64,000 nucleotides of DNA from positions 64,001 to 128,000 of the forward strand of contig JAVZLK010000002.1 of the NCBI GenBank assembly GCA_038883795.1, given 5' to 3'. The stretch is from Candidatus Bathyarchaeia archaeon. GTDB lineage: Archaea; Thermoproteota; Bathyarchaeia; Bathyarchaeales; Bathycorpusculaceae. The notes beneath the pieces are model-generated. The model made no database searches. It saw nothing but the letters and a program-made list of their open reading frames with translations, and was not told the DNA's origin. Below are positions 10,540 to 20,226 of this stretch, in pieces. Made by a program: the position numbers and the translations under genes. Numbering within the stretch: position 1 is the first letter of the stretch; each line of letters begins with the position of its first letter.

Positions 10540-11331
10540 ATGTTGAATAGGATAATTGTTTGCCTAAAACAGGCAATTGACGTTTCACAGTTGAAAGTTG
10601 ATCCAGCAACGCGGCAGTTAATAACGGCTGGTGCAGCCAAAAAAATAAGCGATTTTGACAAAAACGCCCTAGAAGAAGCTATTAGGATTAAGGAGAAAGT
10701 TGGCAACATTGAAATATTAACGGTAACCGTAACAGCGGAAGATGCAAAAACTGTTCTGCGGGAAGCCCTTGCCATGGGAGCAGACAGGGCTTACATGGTT
10801 ATGGATCCAAACTTTAAAGATGTTGACACTTTGGGCACGGCGTATATCCTAGCAGAAACCATCAAAAAAATTGGAGCCTTTGACTTGATTCTTTGCGGCG
10901 AAACCTCCCTAGACAGTTTTTCAGGCCTTGTTAGCGCAAGATTGGCGGAGCTTTTAGGATTAGTGCACGTGAGTTCTGTTAGAAAGGTTTCTGTTGAAAA
11001 TGATGTGGTTATTGCGGAGAGAGCCCTAGAAGAAGCGGTTGAAACTGTGAAGGTAAAGATGCCAGCTTTAGTTTCGGTTACTCGAGAAATAAACCAGCCA
11101 AGAATTCCGTCGCTCATGATGATTATGAAGGCTTCTAAAAAGGAAATAATAACGTGGACAACCTCCGATTTGAACCTTCAAAAAGAGAATTTGGATGCAA
11201 AAATTGAGGTACTGGAGGTTTTAGCTCCAAAAACAGAACGCAAACGAGTGAAGATAACAGGCGAAACAGCGCGGGAGATTGCTGAAAAATTGGTTAAGGC
11301 GTTGGTTGAGGAAGGCGTTGTTGGAAGGTGA
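10540..11331 (+). CDS. etfB: electron transfer flavoprotein beta subunit
   Basis: IIVCLKQ, DKNALEEA, ALAMGAD, INQPRIPS. Confidence 0.93.
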   Translation: MLNRIIVCLKQAIDVSQLKVDPATRQLITAGAAKKISDFDKNALEEAIRIKEKVGNIEILTVTVTAEDAKTVLREALAMGADRAYMVMDPNFKDVDTLGTAYILAETIKKIGAFDLILCGETSLDSFSGLVSARLAELLGLVHVSSVRKVSVENDVVIAERALEEAVETVKVKMPALVSVTREINQPRIPSLMMIMKASKKEIITWTTSDLNLQKENLDAKIEVLEVLAPKTERKRVKITGETAREIAEKLVKALVEEGVVGR

Positions 11332-12287
11332 AGGGCATGATTCTGGTTTATTCTGAAATGCACGATTTGGCTTTGGAGATGCTTGGGAAGGGGAGAGAAA
11401 TAGCGGATAAATTGCAAAAGGAATTGGCAGCCGTTATAATTGGGTATAACGTTCGAGAAAAAGCAAAGGAGTTGATAAATTATGGAGCAGACAAGGTTTT
11501 TGTAGTGGATAATCAAGCCTTAACCCGTTTTCAAACAGAACCCTACCTAAGTATTCTTCATAGTTTAGTGGTAAACCACAAACCGGAAATAGTGTTAATT
11601 GGCTCCACAAGAAATGGAAAGCCTCTCGCAGCTAGACTTGCAACTCGCCTCAACACGGGATGTATTCCCGATTGTAATAGGTTAAGTGTTGACGAGCAAG
11701 GAAGGCTTGTATGCGAAAGAATAACCTACGGCGGAAACGCCACTGCAAAATTAACCTTCAAAACAAAACCGCGAATAGCAACGATACCCCCAAGAACATT
11801 CGAAAAACCCCAGCCAAAAGACCGTAGCGGACAAATAATAAATTTCGAAGCAAAAATTGAAGCACCAAAAACAGAGATCATCGAAACAAAGCCTCTCGAA
11901 GTTTCTGCCGTAAGAATTGAGGATGCTGACATAATAGTCAGCTGCGGGAGGGGACTAGAAAGGAAAGAAGACACTGCCTTACTGGAGGAGTTGGCAAAAA
12001 TTCTGAACGGACAAGTCGGCAACACGAGACCTTTGGCTGAAGATAGAAAATGGTTTACGGAGTGGGTTGGATTGTCTGGACACAAGGTTAAGCCAAAACT
12101 TTACATTGCATGTGGAATTTCAGGCGTAATACAGCATGTGGCTGGAATCCGAGACGCAAAAGTCATAGTGGCTATTAACAAGGATGAGAATGCACCAATA
12201 TTTGAAGTTGCAGATTACGGCGTTGTAGGCGACTTATACCAAATATTACCAGCACTGAAAGAAGCGTTAAAGAAGCAACTGCAGTAA
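11328..12287 (+). CDS. etfA: electron transfer flavoprotein alpha subunit
   Basis: VGLSGHKVKPKLYIACGISGVIQHVAG, AINKDENAPIF. Confidence 0.95.
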   Translation: MKGMILVYSEMHDLALEMLGKGREIADKLQKELAAVIIGYNVREKAKELINYGADKVFVVDNQALTRFQTEPYLSILHSLVVNHKPEIVLIGSTRNGKPLAARLATRLNTGCIPDCNRLSVDEQGRLVCERITYGGNATAKLTFKTKPRIATIPPRTFEKPQPKDRSGQIINFEAKIEAPKTEIIETKPLEVSAVRIEDADIIVSCGRGLERKEDTALLEELAKILNGQVGNTRPLAEDRKWFTEWVGLSGHKVKPKLYIACGISGVIQHVAGIRDAKVIVAINKDENAPIFEVADYGVVGDLYQILPALKEALKKQLQ

Positions 12288-12507
12288 CAACATATTTTTG
12301 GCTTTAAAATCAACCAATACGAAACCTACCCTCTAGATTTTTCGCTTGTCAATTTAGGCTTGTGGATCGTGTTAAATTGAATACCCTCTCTAGGATTTTT
12401 GGCGTCGCCCTTTATCAGAGTTTTTGTTCAATTCTCTTTAAGCTCGCCAAATTTAAATTCACACGACCATAAAAACACGTAAAACAAAAAGGAGAACAGC
12501 CCATATC

Positions 12508-13113
12508 ATGCCTTCAAAAAAAGACCAGTTAGAAACAATAGCGTCTGAAATCCTAAACTGCAAAAAATGCCCACTACATAAAACTCGTAAAAATGCTGTT
12601 CCCGGCGAAGGCAATCCAAACGCAAAAATAATGGTTGTTGGGGAGGCTCCGGGTTATTGGGAAGATGTTCAAGGTAGACCCTTTGTTGGTGCTGCTGGAA
12701 AATTTCTTGACACGTTATTAGCTAGTATAGGCTTTTCGAGAGAAGATGTTTTTATAGCCAATGTTTTAAAATGTAGACCGCCAAGAAACCGTGAACCCAC
12801 GCCAAAAGAAATCCAAACATGCACGCCCTATTTGGATAGGCAGATTTTGGCGGTTCAGCCGAAATTTATTGTTACTCTTGGGAATTATTCCACCGCATAT
12901 ATCTTCTCAAAAGCTAATTTGCCTTTTCCAAGTATAACACAGGTGCATGGAAAAATCTACGAAGCATCAGTTTTAGGCATACGCCTAACTATTTTTCCAA
13001 CTTTTCATCCAGCCGCAGCCCTTTACAGCGCCCAATACAAAAAAGAACTAACTAATGATTTCCAAAAGTTAAAAGGTGAACTTGAAAAGAGGGAATTAAT
13101 TAGATCTTCTTAA
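12508..13113 (+). CDS. udg: uracil-DNA glycosylase family 4 (Fe-S)
   Basis: CKKCPL, VGEAPG, GRPFVGAAG, KCRPPRNR, FHPAA. Confidence 0.95.
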   Translation: MPSKKDQLETIASEILNCKKCPLHKTRKNAVPGEGNPNAKIMVVGEAPGYWEDVQGRPFVGAAGKFLDTLLASIGFSREDVFIANVLKCRPPRNREPTPKEIQTCTPYLDRQILAVQPKFIVTLGNYSTAYIFSKANLPFPSITQVHGKIYEASVLGIRLTIFPTFHPAAALYSAQYKKELTNDFQKLKGELEKRELIRSS

Positions 13114-14011
13114 CGGCCTTTATTTCTTCAAGAAGCTCCTCTACATTTTTATACGTTTTAGAGGGTAAATCAACTAAAAAAGCTTCAAGTCTCTCTTGTT
13201 TTCCCTCCTCCGCTTCCACAAGCCTCCAACCCACTTTTTTGATTAACATGCTTTTTGAAATGGGATAACGTGTCTTTGCTAAAACTTCTCTTAACGATTG
13301 TAAACCAATAGAGCTTGTAACTTTTGGAAACTTTCCCTCAGTCAAATATTCTTTAAAGCGTATTGCATCTTCAAACATGGAAAGATTGTTAAATAATACG
13401 TAAACCGTTTTTCCTTCTTTTTCGTATAGCGTAATGGCTTCTTTCAGCCTTTGCAACTCCGCATCACTGTACTGGTAATAATACATTTGCTCGCCTAACC
13501 CATGAAGCCTAAAATAAGCCACAGCACCCACATAAGCTGGCAAGACTCTAAATGGGTCAGTCACATGCGAAACATTAACCTCCTCTAAAACCTTCCTAAG
13601 TTTCTCATAAGTTTCTGGAGTCTCCCAAACTGGTCCCCGAGTCTCCCAAACCAAAACTAAGTCTTCACGGTTCACTTCTTTGAAAAATTTTTCCGCATCC
13701 CCAAGCTTGTCTGGTCTGAAAGATCCAGGCGTCTGAATCAGCAGTATTTTTGAATTTAAAATTTTGCAGATTTTTTTCATTTTTTCAAAGGCTTGAAGGC
13801 ATGTGTCAGTGATTTTCATTTTTTCTTTGTGACTTATGTCTTGATGAGCCTTCACTGTAAACTCGAAAGTTTCTGGTGCCTTGTTCCGCCAACCTTCAAC
13901 GGTTTCCATGCGTGGGTATTGATAAAAAGTGCTGTTCAGCTCTACAAGGTTAAAGGTTTCATAATATTTTTTCATTGATGTTGGAAAACCGCAACAGCCA
14001 ACCTTAATCAT
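13100..14011 (-). CDS. DUF72 (YecE-like TIM-barrel) protein
   Basis: VGCCGF, VELNSTFY, FTVKAHQ, YFRLHG, LFNN. Confidence 0.88.
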   Translation of the reverse strand: MIKVGCCGFPTSMKKYYETFNLVELNSTFYQYPRMETVEGWRNKAPETFEFTVKAHQDISHKEKMKITDTCLQAFEKMKKICKILNSKILLIQTPGSFRPDKLGDAEKFFKEVNREDLVLVWETRGPVWETPETYEKLRKVLEEVNVSHVTDPFRVLPAYVGAVAYFRLHGLGEQMYYYQYSDAELQRLKEAITLYEKEGKTVYVLFNNLSMFEDAIRFKEYLTEGKFPKVTSSIGLQSLREVLAKTRYPISKSMLIKKVGWRLVEAEEGKQERLEAFLVDLPSKTYKNVEELLEEIKAVKKI

Positions 14012-14027
14012 TAATAATTCGCGCCCA

Positions 14028-14819
14028 TTATGCACTTATTTTTGGGGGTGGGCGGACTGGTTTTCCAAGTTTTCTGCGAAGTGCAATCCGATAAAGCTTT
14101 CTTAATGATTTAATTAGCTGCTCAACTGTTGGCAAACTAGAATATATGAGCGGAATGCGGTCATATTCCGCCAGCCTTATCGAATGCTCATCTGGCTTAA
14201 CGCCTTGAAAAACTACAACCTTCGGCTTCAAATTGTTCAAGCGGACAATCAGCATGGGCGAATTCTCATTCCCAATATTCGTAAAGACTAGTGCCCTCTC
14301 TGTTGTGGCGCCAAAAAGCTGCGAATATTCCAAACCAGAAAGAGTTTCAATAGCCCTTTTCTCATCAATAACCGTATAACCATAAACTTCTTTAACAACG
14401 GTGCTTGCACATGCGACTATCTCGCCTTTTATGGCTTTGCATAAGTATTCAACGCGAACTGGTATAGGAAATTCTCTAAGGTCAAGTATAGCTACACTTG
14501 GCGAACTGGTTAACTTTGCAAATTCACGGATGAAACGGCTTCCCCGTTCCTCATCGATTTTCAATAGTGCCCAAACAAACCTCCTAACAAACTTTGTTCC
14601 TGGACTTTCGCGTCTTCCGCTTTCATAATCGCTAATAACTGAAGGCGCTACAACCATCTTATCAGAAAGGCTTGTTTGTGAAATGGCAAAAAGTTCCCGC
14701 CATTTCCGCATGGTGGCGCCAGGCTTATTTGATAGGATTATTTCTCCTGCAATCCTCCTCGCCAGAACTTCTCTAACGCTTGGAGACACAGCCATGCTAT
14801 ACGCCTTCCAGTCCGCCAA
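14028..14819 (-). CDS. XRE-type HTH transcriptional regulator (archaeal COG1709-like)
   Basis: RRIAGEIILS, ISDYESGRRESPG, GATTERALVFT. Confidence 0.8.
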   Translation of the reverse strand: MADWKAYSMAVSPSVREVLARRIAGEIILSNKPGATMRKWRELFAISQTSLSDKMVVAPSVISDYESGRRESPGTKFVRRFVWALLKIDEERGSRFIREFAKLTSSPSVAILDLREFPIPVRVEYLCKAIKGEIVACASTVVKEVYGYTVIDEKRAIETLSGLEYSQLFGATTERALVFTNIGNENSPMLIVRLNNLKPKVVVFQGVKPDEHSIRLAEYDRIPLIYSSLPTVEQLIKSLRKLYRIALRRKLGKPVRPPPKISA

Positions 14820-15070
14820 GTTTTCCTTTAAAACAATGCGAAGTATAAAACTATACCGCTCTTAATTTCAACATTGAATGGCATGTACATAATGTTTATA
14901 TTTTGGAATATAGAAAAAGAAAGGAGATTTGATAATGTGCCCACAGCTACTAAGACTAAAGAAATTCTTGATGCATGTTGTTAGTGGGCACTTTATTAAA
15001 ACACAGATTATGTATTAAACGCCCCTTTGAAAACCACGATTGTTCTGGTTTGGGGGTGAGGTGATGGAAA

Positions 15071-15829
15071 ATGGGTGTAAAAAACAACTTGTCCATTGTT
15101 CATTTGTCTGACATACATGCGGGCGCAAAGTTAGAAAAGAGTATGCTTGAAAAGGCGATAGATGAGATAAACAAGTTAAACCCAGATTTGATTGTTGTGA
15201 CTGGCGATTTGACGGAAGAAGGCTTGCTTGAGGAGTTTAGAGAAGCGCATAAGTATTTGCAGAGGCTAAAATGTAAGCATCTTGTTATTGGAAGCGGAAA
15301 TCATGATTCAAGAAATACGGGTTATAGACTATTTCCAAAGTTCTTTGGAAAGCAATGGTCGATAACCGAATTAAACGAAACTGTACTTATTATGCTGGAT
15401 TCCTCTAGGCCAGATCAAGATGAAGGCGAAGTTGGTTATCGCCAGAGACTCTGGTTAAAGCAATGCTTAGAAGAACATCGTGAAAAATTCAAAATCGTTG
15501 CTTTGCATCATCATCTCTTGCCAGTACCGGATACTGGAATGGAAAAGAACATGATAGTGGATGCTGGTGACGTCCTGTGGACTCTTGTCTCTTACGGTGT
15601 TGACTTGGTCTTGTGCGGTCACCGTCACCGTCCATGGATTTGGAATCTTGGAGGCTTATCTATTGTTTATGCGGGGGCTGTTTCCACAAGTAGGCTTCGA
15701 GGTTTTTATCAGAACTCTTTTAACATAATAAATATTGAAGATGGCAAAGTTAACGTACGCTTAAAGATAGTTAATGGGAATGAGTACATTTTTGAACCAA
15801 ACATAATAAAGACATTGCAAACAGTTTAG
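15071..15829 (+). CDS. calcineurin-like metallophosphoesterase (Icc/CpdA-like)
   Basis: SDIH, TGDLT, GNHD, LHHH, CGHRH. Confidence 0.9.
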   Translation: MGVKNNLSIVHLSDIHAGAKLEKSMLEKAIDEINKLNPDLIVVTGDLTEEGLLEEFREAHKYLQRLKCKHLVIGSGNHDSRNTGYRLFPKFFGKQWSITELNETVLIMLDSSRPDQDEGEVGYRQRLWLKQCLEEHREKFKIVALHHHLLPVPDTGMEKNMIVDAGDVLWTLVSYGVDLVLCGHRHRPWIWNLGGLSIVYAGAVSTSRLRGFYQNSFNIINIEDGKVNVRLKIVNGNEYIFEPNIIKTLQTV

Positions 15830-15879
15830 CTATGAACGGTGGCAAAGCCAAAATAATATAAAAAGAAAATGGAGAAATG

Positions 15880-16935
15880 TTATAGGATTGATTCTCTGTT
15901 TAGTGGGAAAGCCGTTGTAGTTCTTATGTCGCTTGTTCCAAGCACGAACTGTGTGACTCTGTTTAGTCCTATGCCGCATCCAGAGTGTAACGGTCTGTCT
16001 TCCTTGTAAAAGTCCAAGTACCATTTGAAGTCTTCTATGCTTCCGCCCCTTTCAACCAGCTGTTTGAACATTGTTGAGTTTATTAGTCTTTGATAGAGTT
16101 TCTCGTATCTGTATTCTCTTTCTGCTGCTCCTACTGCTTCTCCACTGAGTGGCAAAAGAAGGTCTGCGCTATTGACTATTTCTGGATTTTCGTCGTTTTC
16201 CCTCATGTTGAAGAACTTTATTGGTTTTGGAAAATGTGTTACGAAGAGTGGTTGGTTGCCCTTCATTTGAACAAGTGTCTTTTCATGGTGGCTTTTGAGG
16301 TCATCGCCCCATTTGACTCCATATTCGGTTAGGAGCCCAACAGCTTCTGTGTAGGTTATTCTATCAAAAGGTCTCTTGATTTTTCTAAGTCTTTCTACAT
16401 CCGCGTCCAAGATTTGAAGTTCCTCTTCGCATTCTTTAAGTGCACAGTTTACCATTGAACAAATTGTGCCTTCCACATGCTTTAAGAGCTCATCAAGGTT
16501 GCCAGCAAACTCCAACTCGATTAAAGTAAACTCTGTTAGGTGCCTTTCATCAGCTAAAGGTTCTGCTCTGAAGCTTGGTCCAATACACCAGACTTTTTCA
16601 AGGAAAGGCGTCAAAACTTCTAGGTATAACTGTGCTGTTTGGCTTAGATATCCCTTTTGTCCAAAATAGTCCAGCTGAAACATCGTGGCAATGTTTTCGC
16701 AAGCACCAGTTGCCCTTGTTATGTGAGGAACAGTTACTTCAATGAACCCTTGCTCTTCAAAGTAGTTTCTCGCTCCCTTCAAAAGTTTTGATTCAATCTT
16801 TATAACCGATTGGATTTCCTTTGTTGAAAGTAATTTCTGTCTGTCCTTTGTATTGTGGAGAAGGCTGAGGTTTAATTTTTTCTCAGAAACTTTTTCAATC
16901 TCGCTAATTTGGGTCTCCAAGACCCACACCGACAA
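15880..16935 (-). CDS. AsnRS catalytic-domain paralogue lacking anticodon domain (archaeal asparagine synthetase A-like)
   Basis: LSQTAQLYLE, FRAE...RHLTEF, HSGCGIGLNR; no N-terminal OB fold. Confidence 0.8.
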   Translation of the reverse strand: MSVWVLETQISEIEKVSEKKLNLSLLHNTKDRQKLLSTKEIQSVIKIESKLLKGARNYFEEQGFIEVTVPHITRATGACENIATMFQLDYFGQKGYLSQTAQLYLEVLTPFLEKVWCIGPSFRAEPLADERHLTEFTLIELEFAGNLDELLKHVEGTICSMVNCALKECEEELQILDADVERLRKIKRPFDRITYTEAVGLLTEYGVKWGDDLKSHHEKTLVQMKGNQPLFVTHFPKPIKFFNMRENDENPEIVNSADLLLPLSGEAVGAAEREYRYEKLYQRLINSTMFKQLVERGGSIEDFKWYLDFYKEDRPLHSGCGIGLNRVTQFVLGTSDIRTTTAFPLNRESIL

Positions 16936-16992
16936 TCCTAGGTTTACACTTATAAATTTTGCGGCGCATAATACATACTAAAAAGAACCAAT

Positions 16993-17895
16993 TTAAAACG
17001 CAAATATTAGAAAGATTCCCGTGACAACCATTATGGCTCCAACAACATTTTTTAGTGTAACATGTTCATGAAGTAGAATTGTTGCGGTTAATGTTGAAAA
17101 TAATGGTGTAGTGGAAGATATTGGAACCGCTTGGGCTTCTGATGTATGTATGAAACTGTATGCAAGGAAGAACCATCCCAAACCGAGGGCTATGATGCCG
17201 CCCGAAATTAGCATGGCTAATGTTTTTCTTTGCATTTTTAGGAAGCCAAATTTTCTATCAGTGATTGGTGAAGTAGCCAATAGTAAAACTGCGATTGACA
17301 TTGTTCTTATGATGTTTATTGCCAAGGTGTTGTCTAAGCTGCTCGTTTCTGGAAGCGTTACCGCCACGTCCATTAACGTTATGCTCATGGACCACATCAA
17401 AGCCGTAATTAAAGCGGAAATCACTCCCTTAACCAAGTTTTCTTTATGCACTTTCTGTGAGCTTTGTTCCTTCTCTTCGCCGCTTAAAAGTGCTACTCCA
17501 AAAACGATTATAAATGCTCCCAAAACTATCTGTGAGGTGACGGTTTCCTCTAAAAGGAAAATGGCCCATAAAAGATTGAAAAGCGGGTAAATGCACGTTA
17601 TTGGGACGGCTCTTGCCACGCCTATAAGTTTTAGGCTTTGCATGTATAATGTGTCGCCGAAGCCTAAACCAATTATTCCACTTATGCACGCCAGAAAAAC
17701 AGCATTAAGCGGCAAGGCAGTTAAAATTTCTATTTTGCCAATAACCGCTAAACAAGTAATTAGAATCGCGCTTGTGCATGTAAGTCTTACAATGTTTGCT
17801 GAAATCGGCTTGGTTTTTAACAATGCTTCCCTATAGAGAACTGCTGAGAATGTCCAGGTTATGGCCGCCCCTAAAGCGGCAAGTTCGCCTATCAT
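16993..17895 (-). CDS. EamA/DMT family transporter
   Basis: About 10 hydrophobic segments in two repeats, GDTLY...GVARA. Confidence 0.88.
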   Translation of the reverse strand: MIGELAALGAAITWTFSAVLYREALLKTKPISANIVRLTCTSAILITCLAVIGKIEILTALPLNAVFLACISGIIGLGFGDTLYMQSLKLIGVARAVPITCIYPLFNLLWAIFLLEETVTSQIVLGAFIIVFGVALLSGEEKEQSSQKVHKENLVKGVISALITALMWSMSITLMDVAVTLPETSSLDNTLAINIIRTMSIAVLLLATSPITDRKFGFLKMQRKTLAMLISGGIIALGLGWFFLAYSFIHTSEAQAVPISSTTPLFSTLTATILLHEHVTLKNVVGAIMVVTGIFLIFAF

Positions 17896-17963
17896 TGTTT
17901 CACGCAGTTTTTGAAGGGATAAATTTTGCTCTAAGCTGTTAAATATCTAACGCTCAAAAATTA

Positions 17964-18677
17964 TTGAATGGGTGCGTTAAAATGCAACTTCATCTAAATT
18001 GGGATTCACGTGTCTCATCGAAGTTTCCAGAACTCTCCGTATGCATTGGCATCATCACTGGCGTGCGTGTGGAAAAGGAGAATGAGCAAATCAAAAACCT
18101 AAAAAGGAGTGTCTACGAGGAGGTTAGAGCCAAATATAACCTTGAAACGTTGAAGGATAATCCAGTGGTGAGAGCCTACAGAGATTTTTACTGGAAGCTT
18201 AACATAGACCCGACGAAGACGAGACCTTCTGGCGAAGCCTTACTGCGGAGAGTTTTGCATGGCGATGACCTGCCACGTATATCCACGGTTGTGGATGCAT
18301 ATAATTTGGCTTCTATGAAAACTATAATTCCCATAAGCGGATTCGACAAAGACCACATAAATCCGCCGTTTGAGGTTCGCTTTGCAAATAACGGTGAAAC
18401 TTTTACGGGTATAGGTATGAGCAAACCACTAGTTTTGGCGGATAATATGCTTGTTTTGGCTGATGAAAGGCAAGTTTTATGCATTTACCCCTACAGAGAC
18501 GCAGAGTATACAAAAATTACAGAAAAAACAAAAAATGTTGTGATAATAGGTTATGGCGCTCCAGGAATAGAAAGGAATCAACTTATCGAGGCTGTGGAAA
18601 CCACTCTCTCATACATTAAAGCTGTTTCTGGAGGCGAAATTCAAACCATAAGAGTTTTTAGTTCCACATCTAAATAG
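17964..18677 (+). CDS. stand-alone B3/4 domain (PheRS-beta editing-like) protein
   Basis: AYRDFYW, DPTKTRPSGEALLRR, VVDAYNLAS. Confidence 0.88.
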   Translation: MNGCVKMQLHLNWDSRVSSKFPELSVCIGIITGVRVEKENEQIKNLKRSVYEEVRAKYNLETLKDNPVVRAYRDFYWKLNIDPTKTRPSGEALLRRVLHGDDLPRISTVVDAYNLASMKTIIPISGFDKDHINPPFEVRFANNGETFTGIGMSKPLVLADNMLVLADERQVLCIYPYRDAEYTKITEKTKNVVIIGYGAPGIERNQLIEAVETTLSYIKAVSGGEIQTIRVFSSTSK

Positions 18678-18693
18678 AGGATGGCGTCGCGAT

Positions 18694-19461
18694 ATGTCTT
18701 TCCGTGAAAAAATGGAAAAAAAAGCAAAAAACAAAAAATCTAATATCGTTTTGAATTTGGATTTTCCCTTTGAAAAACCAGAAAACCGCCAAAGCCTCTA
18801 TCAAAAGGCAAGTCATGTTCTTGAGGTGGTTTCGCCATACGTTTGTGCTGTAAAAATTAATCATCACCTGGTTCTACCACTGGGCGTTTTTGATGGTGTC
18901 CAGAAACTTGTAAAGAAGGCTCATGATTTTGGGCTCATGGCAATAATGGATTGTAAAGCAAATGATATTGGCTCAACAAACCAAGTCATTGCAGAATACT
19001 ATTATGCAGCTGGTTTTGACGCTCTAATAGCCAACCCCTTCATTGGATGGGAAGAAGGTTTAAAACCCATTTTTGACGTCGCCAAAAGGCTGGAGCGGGG
19101 CGTGATTCTTCTCGTTTATATGAGTCATAAAGGCGCAAGCGAAGGCTATGGACAGACTATTTATGACCCGGAAACTGGCGAAAAAACATTGCAGTATGTG
19201 GCATTTGCAAAAAAGGCCTCACGGTGGGGAGCCGATGGTGTTGTTGTCGGAGCCACATATCCTGAAAAAATAAGAGAAGTATACCAAATCTTGGGCGAAA
19301 AAACACCCATCTACTCGCCTGGAATCGGCGCCCAAGGAGGCGAAATAAAAGCCGCCTTGCAGGCTGGAGCCCGTTATCTTCTCGTGGGAAGAGCAATAAC
19401 GCTTGCTGAAGACCCAGCTGAAGCTGCTAAGGAAATTAGAAATCTTGCCATGCCAAAATAA
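18694..19461 (+). CDS. pyrF: orotidine-5'-phosphate decarboxylase
   Basis: DCKANDIGST, VVGATYP, PGIGAQGG, VGRAI. Confidence 0.95.
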   Translation: MSFREKMEKKAKNKKSNIVLNLDFPFEKPENRQSLYQKASHVLEVVSPYVCAVKINHHLVLPLGVFDGVQKLVKKAHDFGLMAIMDCKANDIGSTNQVIAEYYYAAGFDALIANPFIGWEEGLKPIFDVAKRLERGVILLVYMSHKGASEGYGQTIYDPETGEKTLQYVAFAKKASRWGADGVVVGATYPEKIREVYQILGEKTPIYSPGIGAQGGEIKAALQAGARYLLVGRAITLAEDPAEAAKEIRNLAMPK

Positions 19462-19469
19462 GCGCATTC

Positions 19470-19622
19470 TTATCTTTCGCGTCTTTCCCAAAGTTCCTTT
19501 TTTAGTAGGTCTCTGACGGCTGAGCGTATAGCTGCGCTTCTGCTTGGATACATATTCGCCCTAACAAGCTCGTCTAATCCTTCCAGATAGGCTTCGGGTA
19601 ACAATACTGTTACGAGTTTCAC
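19470..19622 (-). CDS. small ribbon-helix-helix (CopG/CdrS-like) regulator, not in ORF track
   Basis: GTG start; MKLVTVLLPEAYLEGLDELVRANMYPSRSAAIRSAVRDLLKKELWERRER (50 aa). Confidence 0.85.
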   Translation of the reverse strand: MKLVTVLLPEAYLEGLDELVRANMYPSRSAAIRSAVRDLLKKELWERRER

Positions 19623-19637
19623 TTTGTTTCCCCCTGA

Positions 19638-19657
19638 CATGTTATGCATATAACATG
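19638..19657. promoter_or_regulatory. palindromic operator upstream of the RHH gene
   Basis: CATGTTAT-gcat-ATAACATG, perfect 8-bp arms between the minus-strand TATA-like box and the start codon. Confidence 0.55.
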
Positions 19658-19692
19658 CTGCAAATATAAAATTTGACTATAAATCTGAACCT

Positions 19693-20070
19693 TTAGAGGT
19701 TTTCTCTCATGTTCCAAACTTCTTTAAGTGTGCTTTGGAATGTTTTGTAAACATCCTCAACATAAATGGTGCGGCGGCGTATTCCTTGTTGAATCATTCC
19801 TGCGGCGACTAGGGCTGAGCCTATTATGTCGCTTATTGTTGGGTCTGGGAAGGCTATGAGGGCTAAACCGATTTTTATTAGTTTTGAACTATTCCCTTTA
19901 TGCCACAAATTTTTTGTTGTTTTGGCTTCTTGAGTTGTTTCTTTCATGTTTTGCAATAGTTCCGCATAGCTTTCGTTCAATTCTTTTAAGGCGTCAGCCA
20001 AAGCTTTTGCATCTTCGATTTTCATTTTGACACCGCCTAACTTTTCTATTATAGAGATTCTGAAGCACAA
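19693..20070 (-). CDS. hypothetical protein with a hydrophobic hairpin
   Basis: ORF with LIKIGLALIAFPDPTISDIIGSALVAAG segment; likely start at the internal MKIED. Confidence 0.6.
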   Translation of the reverse strand: MCFRISIIEKLGGVKMKIEDAKALADALKELNESYAELLQNMKETTQEAKTTKNLWHKGNSSKLIKIGLALIAFPDPTISDIIGSALVAAGMIQQGIRRRTIYVEDVYKTFQSTLKEVWNMRENL

Positions 20071-20226
20071 AAACTTTAAATTGAATTATTACCTTAATTT
20101 GCTGCTTCTTTTTCTCAAAAAACACTTCAATTTTTAAATAATAATTTTGAAATTTGTTCTTTCATCTCGTATTTTTTATTGTTTTGTGGTAAACCATAAA
20201 TTGTGAAACAGCAAATCAGTTAGAAC

